64,000 nucleotides of DNA, from assembly GCF_001194135.2 (NCBI RefSeq), contig NC_068992.1, forward strand, positions 8,406,876 through 8,470,875. The letters run 5' to 3'. The notes beneath the pieces were generated by a model. That model saw only the letters and a list, made by a program, of their open reading frames with translations. It made no database searches and was not told where the DNA came from. Every line of letters starts with the position of its first letter. Positions within the stretch are counted from its first letter, which is position 1. Made by a program: the position numbers and the translations under genes. The stretch comes from Octopus bimaculoides (Eukaryota). This document shows positions 63,259 to 64,000 of this stretch, one piece after another.

Positions 63259-63337
63259 GAGCAGTCTCCAGGAAGAAACCAACTTGTACAATGAGGCATT
63301 ACTGCATTCACACCGTTTGTCTACAGCAAGAAATTTT
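63259..63337 (-). CDS. Candidate internal exon of the unidentified gene: KFLAVDKRCECSNASLYKLVSSWRLL (alternative acceptor at 63320)
   Basis: Donor ctc|gtaaag at phase 0 joins 61563 in frame (...SWRLL|NYIENQ...). Two in-frame acceptors are possible. It lies on a short contig between gaps. Confidence 0.45.
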
Positions 63338-64000
63338 CTCCAAAAGAAAAGAGTAAATGGTTTTCTTATGAGTTTGATTATGCCCCAAGTATTATTGGAC
63401 CTGGTACTAACCTTGTCTTTAATCATAAGTCTCTTCAGCCACTACTAATCTAGAGCTAAAAAACAATAACAACCAACCTTTGTTTCCATGTAGATATCGC
63501 CATTAGAGGTGTGGATGGCATGAGTCAAATCACTCCATTCTCCAGAAGACAAGCCAAGAATTTTCTGAAGTAATTTGCTGTGCCATACATAGCCATAAAC
63601 CATACNNNNNNNNNNGTGGCCTTGCAGGTATGTGTGTACCTGCAAGCGTGTTTTCACATGCTGGCTTGCAAGTTAATTCCACCTATTCTAATGCAGCCAT
63701 ATGTACAGACATGAATGTGCATACTGTTACTGACGGCCTGTTCACTAACCGCTGACCTTCAAATGACCAAAAAGTAATTCCTCTCTTAACCGACATCGAC
63801 CAATAATAATCTTCCTGTTTTTTACAATTTAGAACCTCCACTGAAACTGCTCAAATAGCAATGAGGTCTCTTCTCAAAACCACCGCCTCCGCCACCATAT
63901 GGGGCAAATACTTTATAAGGTGGTGGTGGTGGTGGTGGTGGTGGTTTGAGAAGGGGGAAGAAGAGGAGGAGGAAGATGAGGAGGAAGAGGGGAAGAGGAG

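Overview
Eukaryotic, AT-rich, microsatellite- and SINE-dense genomic DNA with N gaps. The repeat content points to an octopus (cephalopod) draft assembly; this is inference. The ORF track is almost all noise from microsatellites and gaps, so genes were found by reading splice sites and phases by hand. (1) + strand, 6251-42262: the 3' two-thirds of a Na+/Ca2+ exchanger (NCX/SLC8-like) gene. Twelve exons are visible, including a 22-nt microexon, and one expected exon is not found. They encode two Calx-beta domains with largely lost acidic Ca2+ ligands, an intact alpha-2 repeat and the C-terminus. (2) - strand, about 54713-63337: the 3' end of a convergent gene I cannot identify. (3) Mobile DNA: a Tc1-type element with DD36E spacing, mariner fragments, RTE LINE relics, at least three tRNA-headed or RTE-tailed SINE-like families, a TTAA-flanked MITE family and a second MITE family. 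The most unusual signal is a set of small Penelope-like repeats carrying minimal hammerhead ribozyme motifs. One copy has a tRNA-type Pol III promoter followed by a near-complete type I hammerhead (15793-16080). A separate insertion with a 15-bp target-site duplication (33848-33976) consists only of the sequence 3' of the predicted cleavage site, folded back on itself. Assembly artefacts (an Illumina adapter and duplicated gap edges) are flagged.
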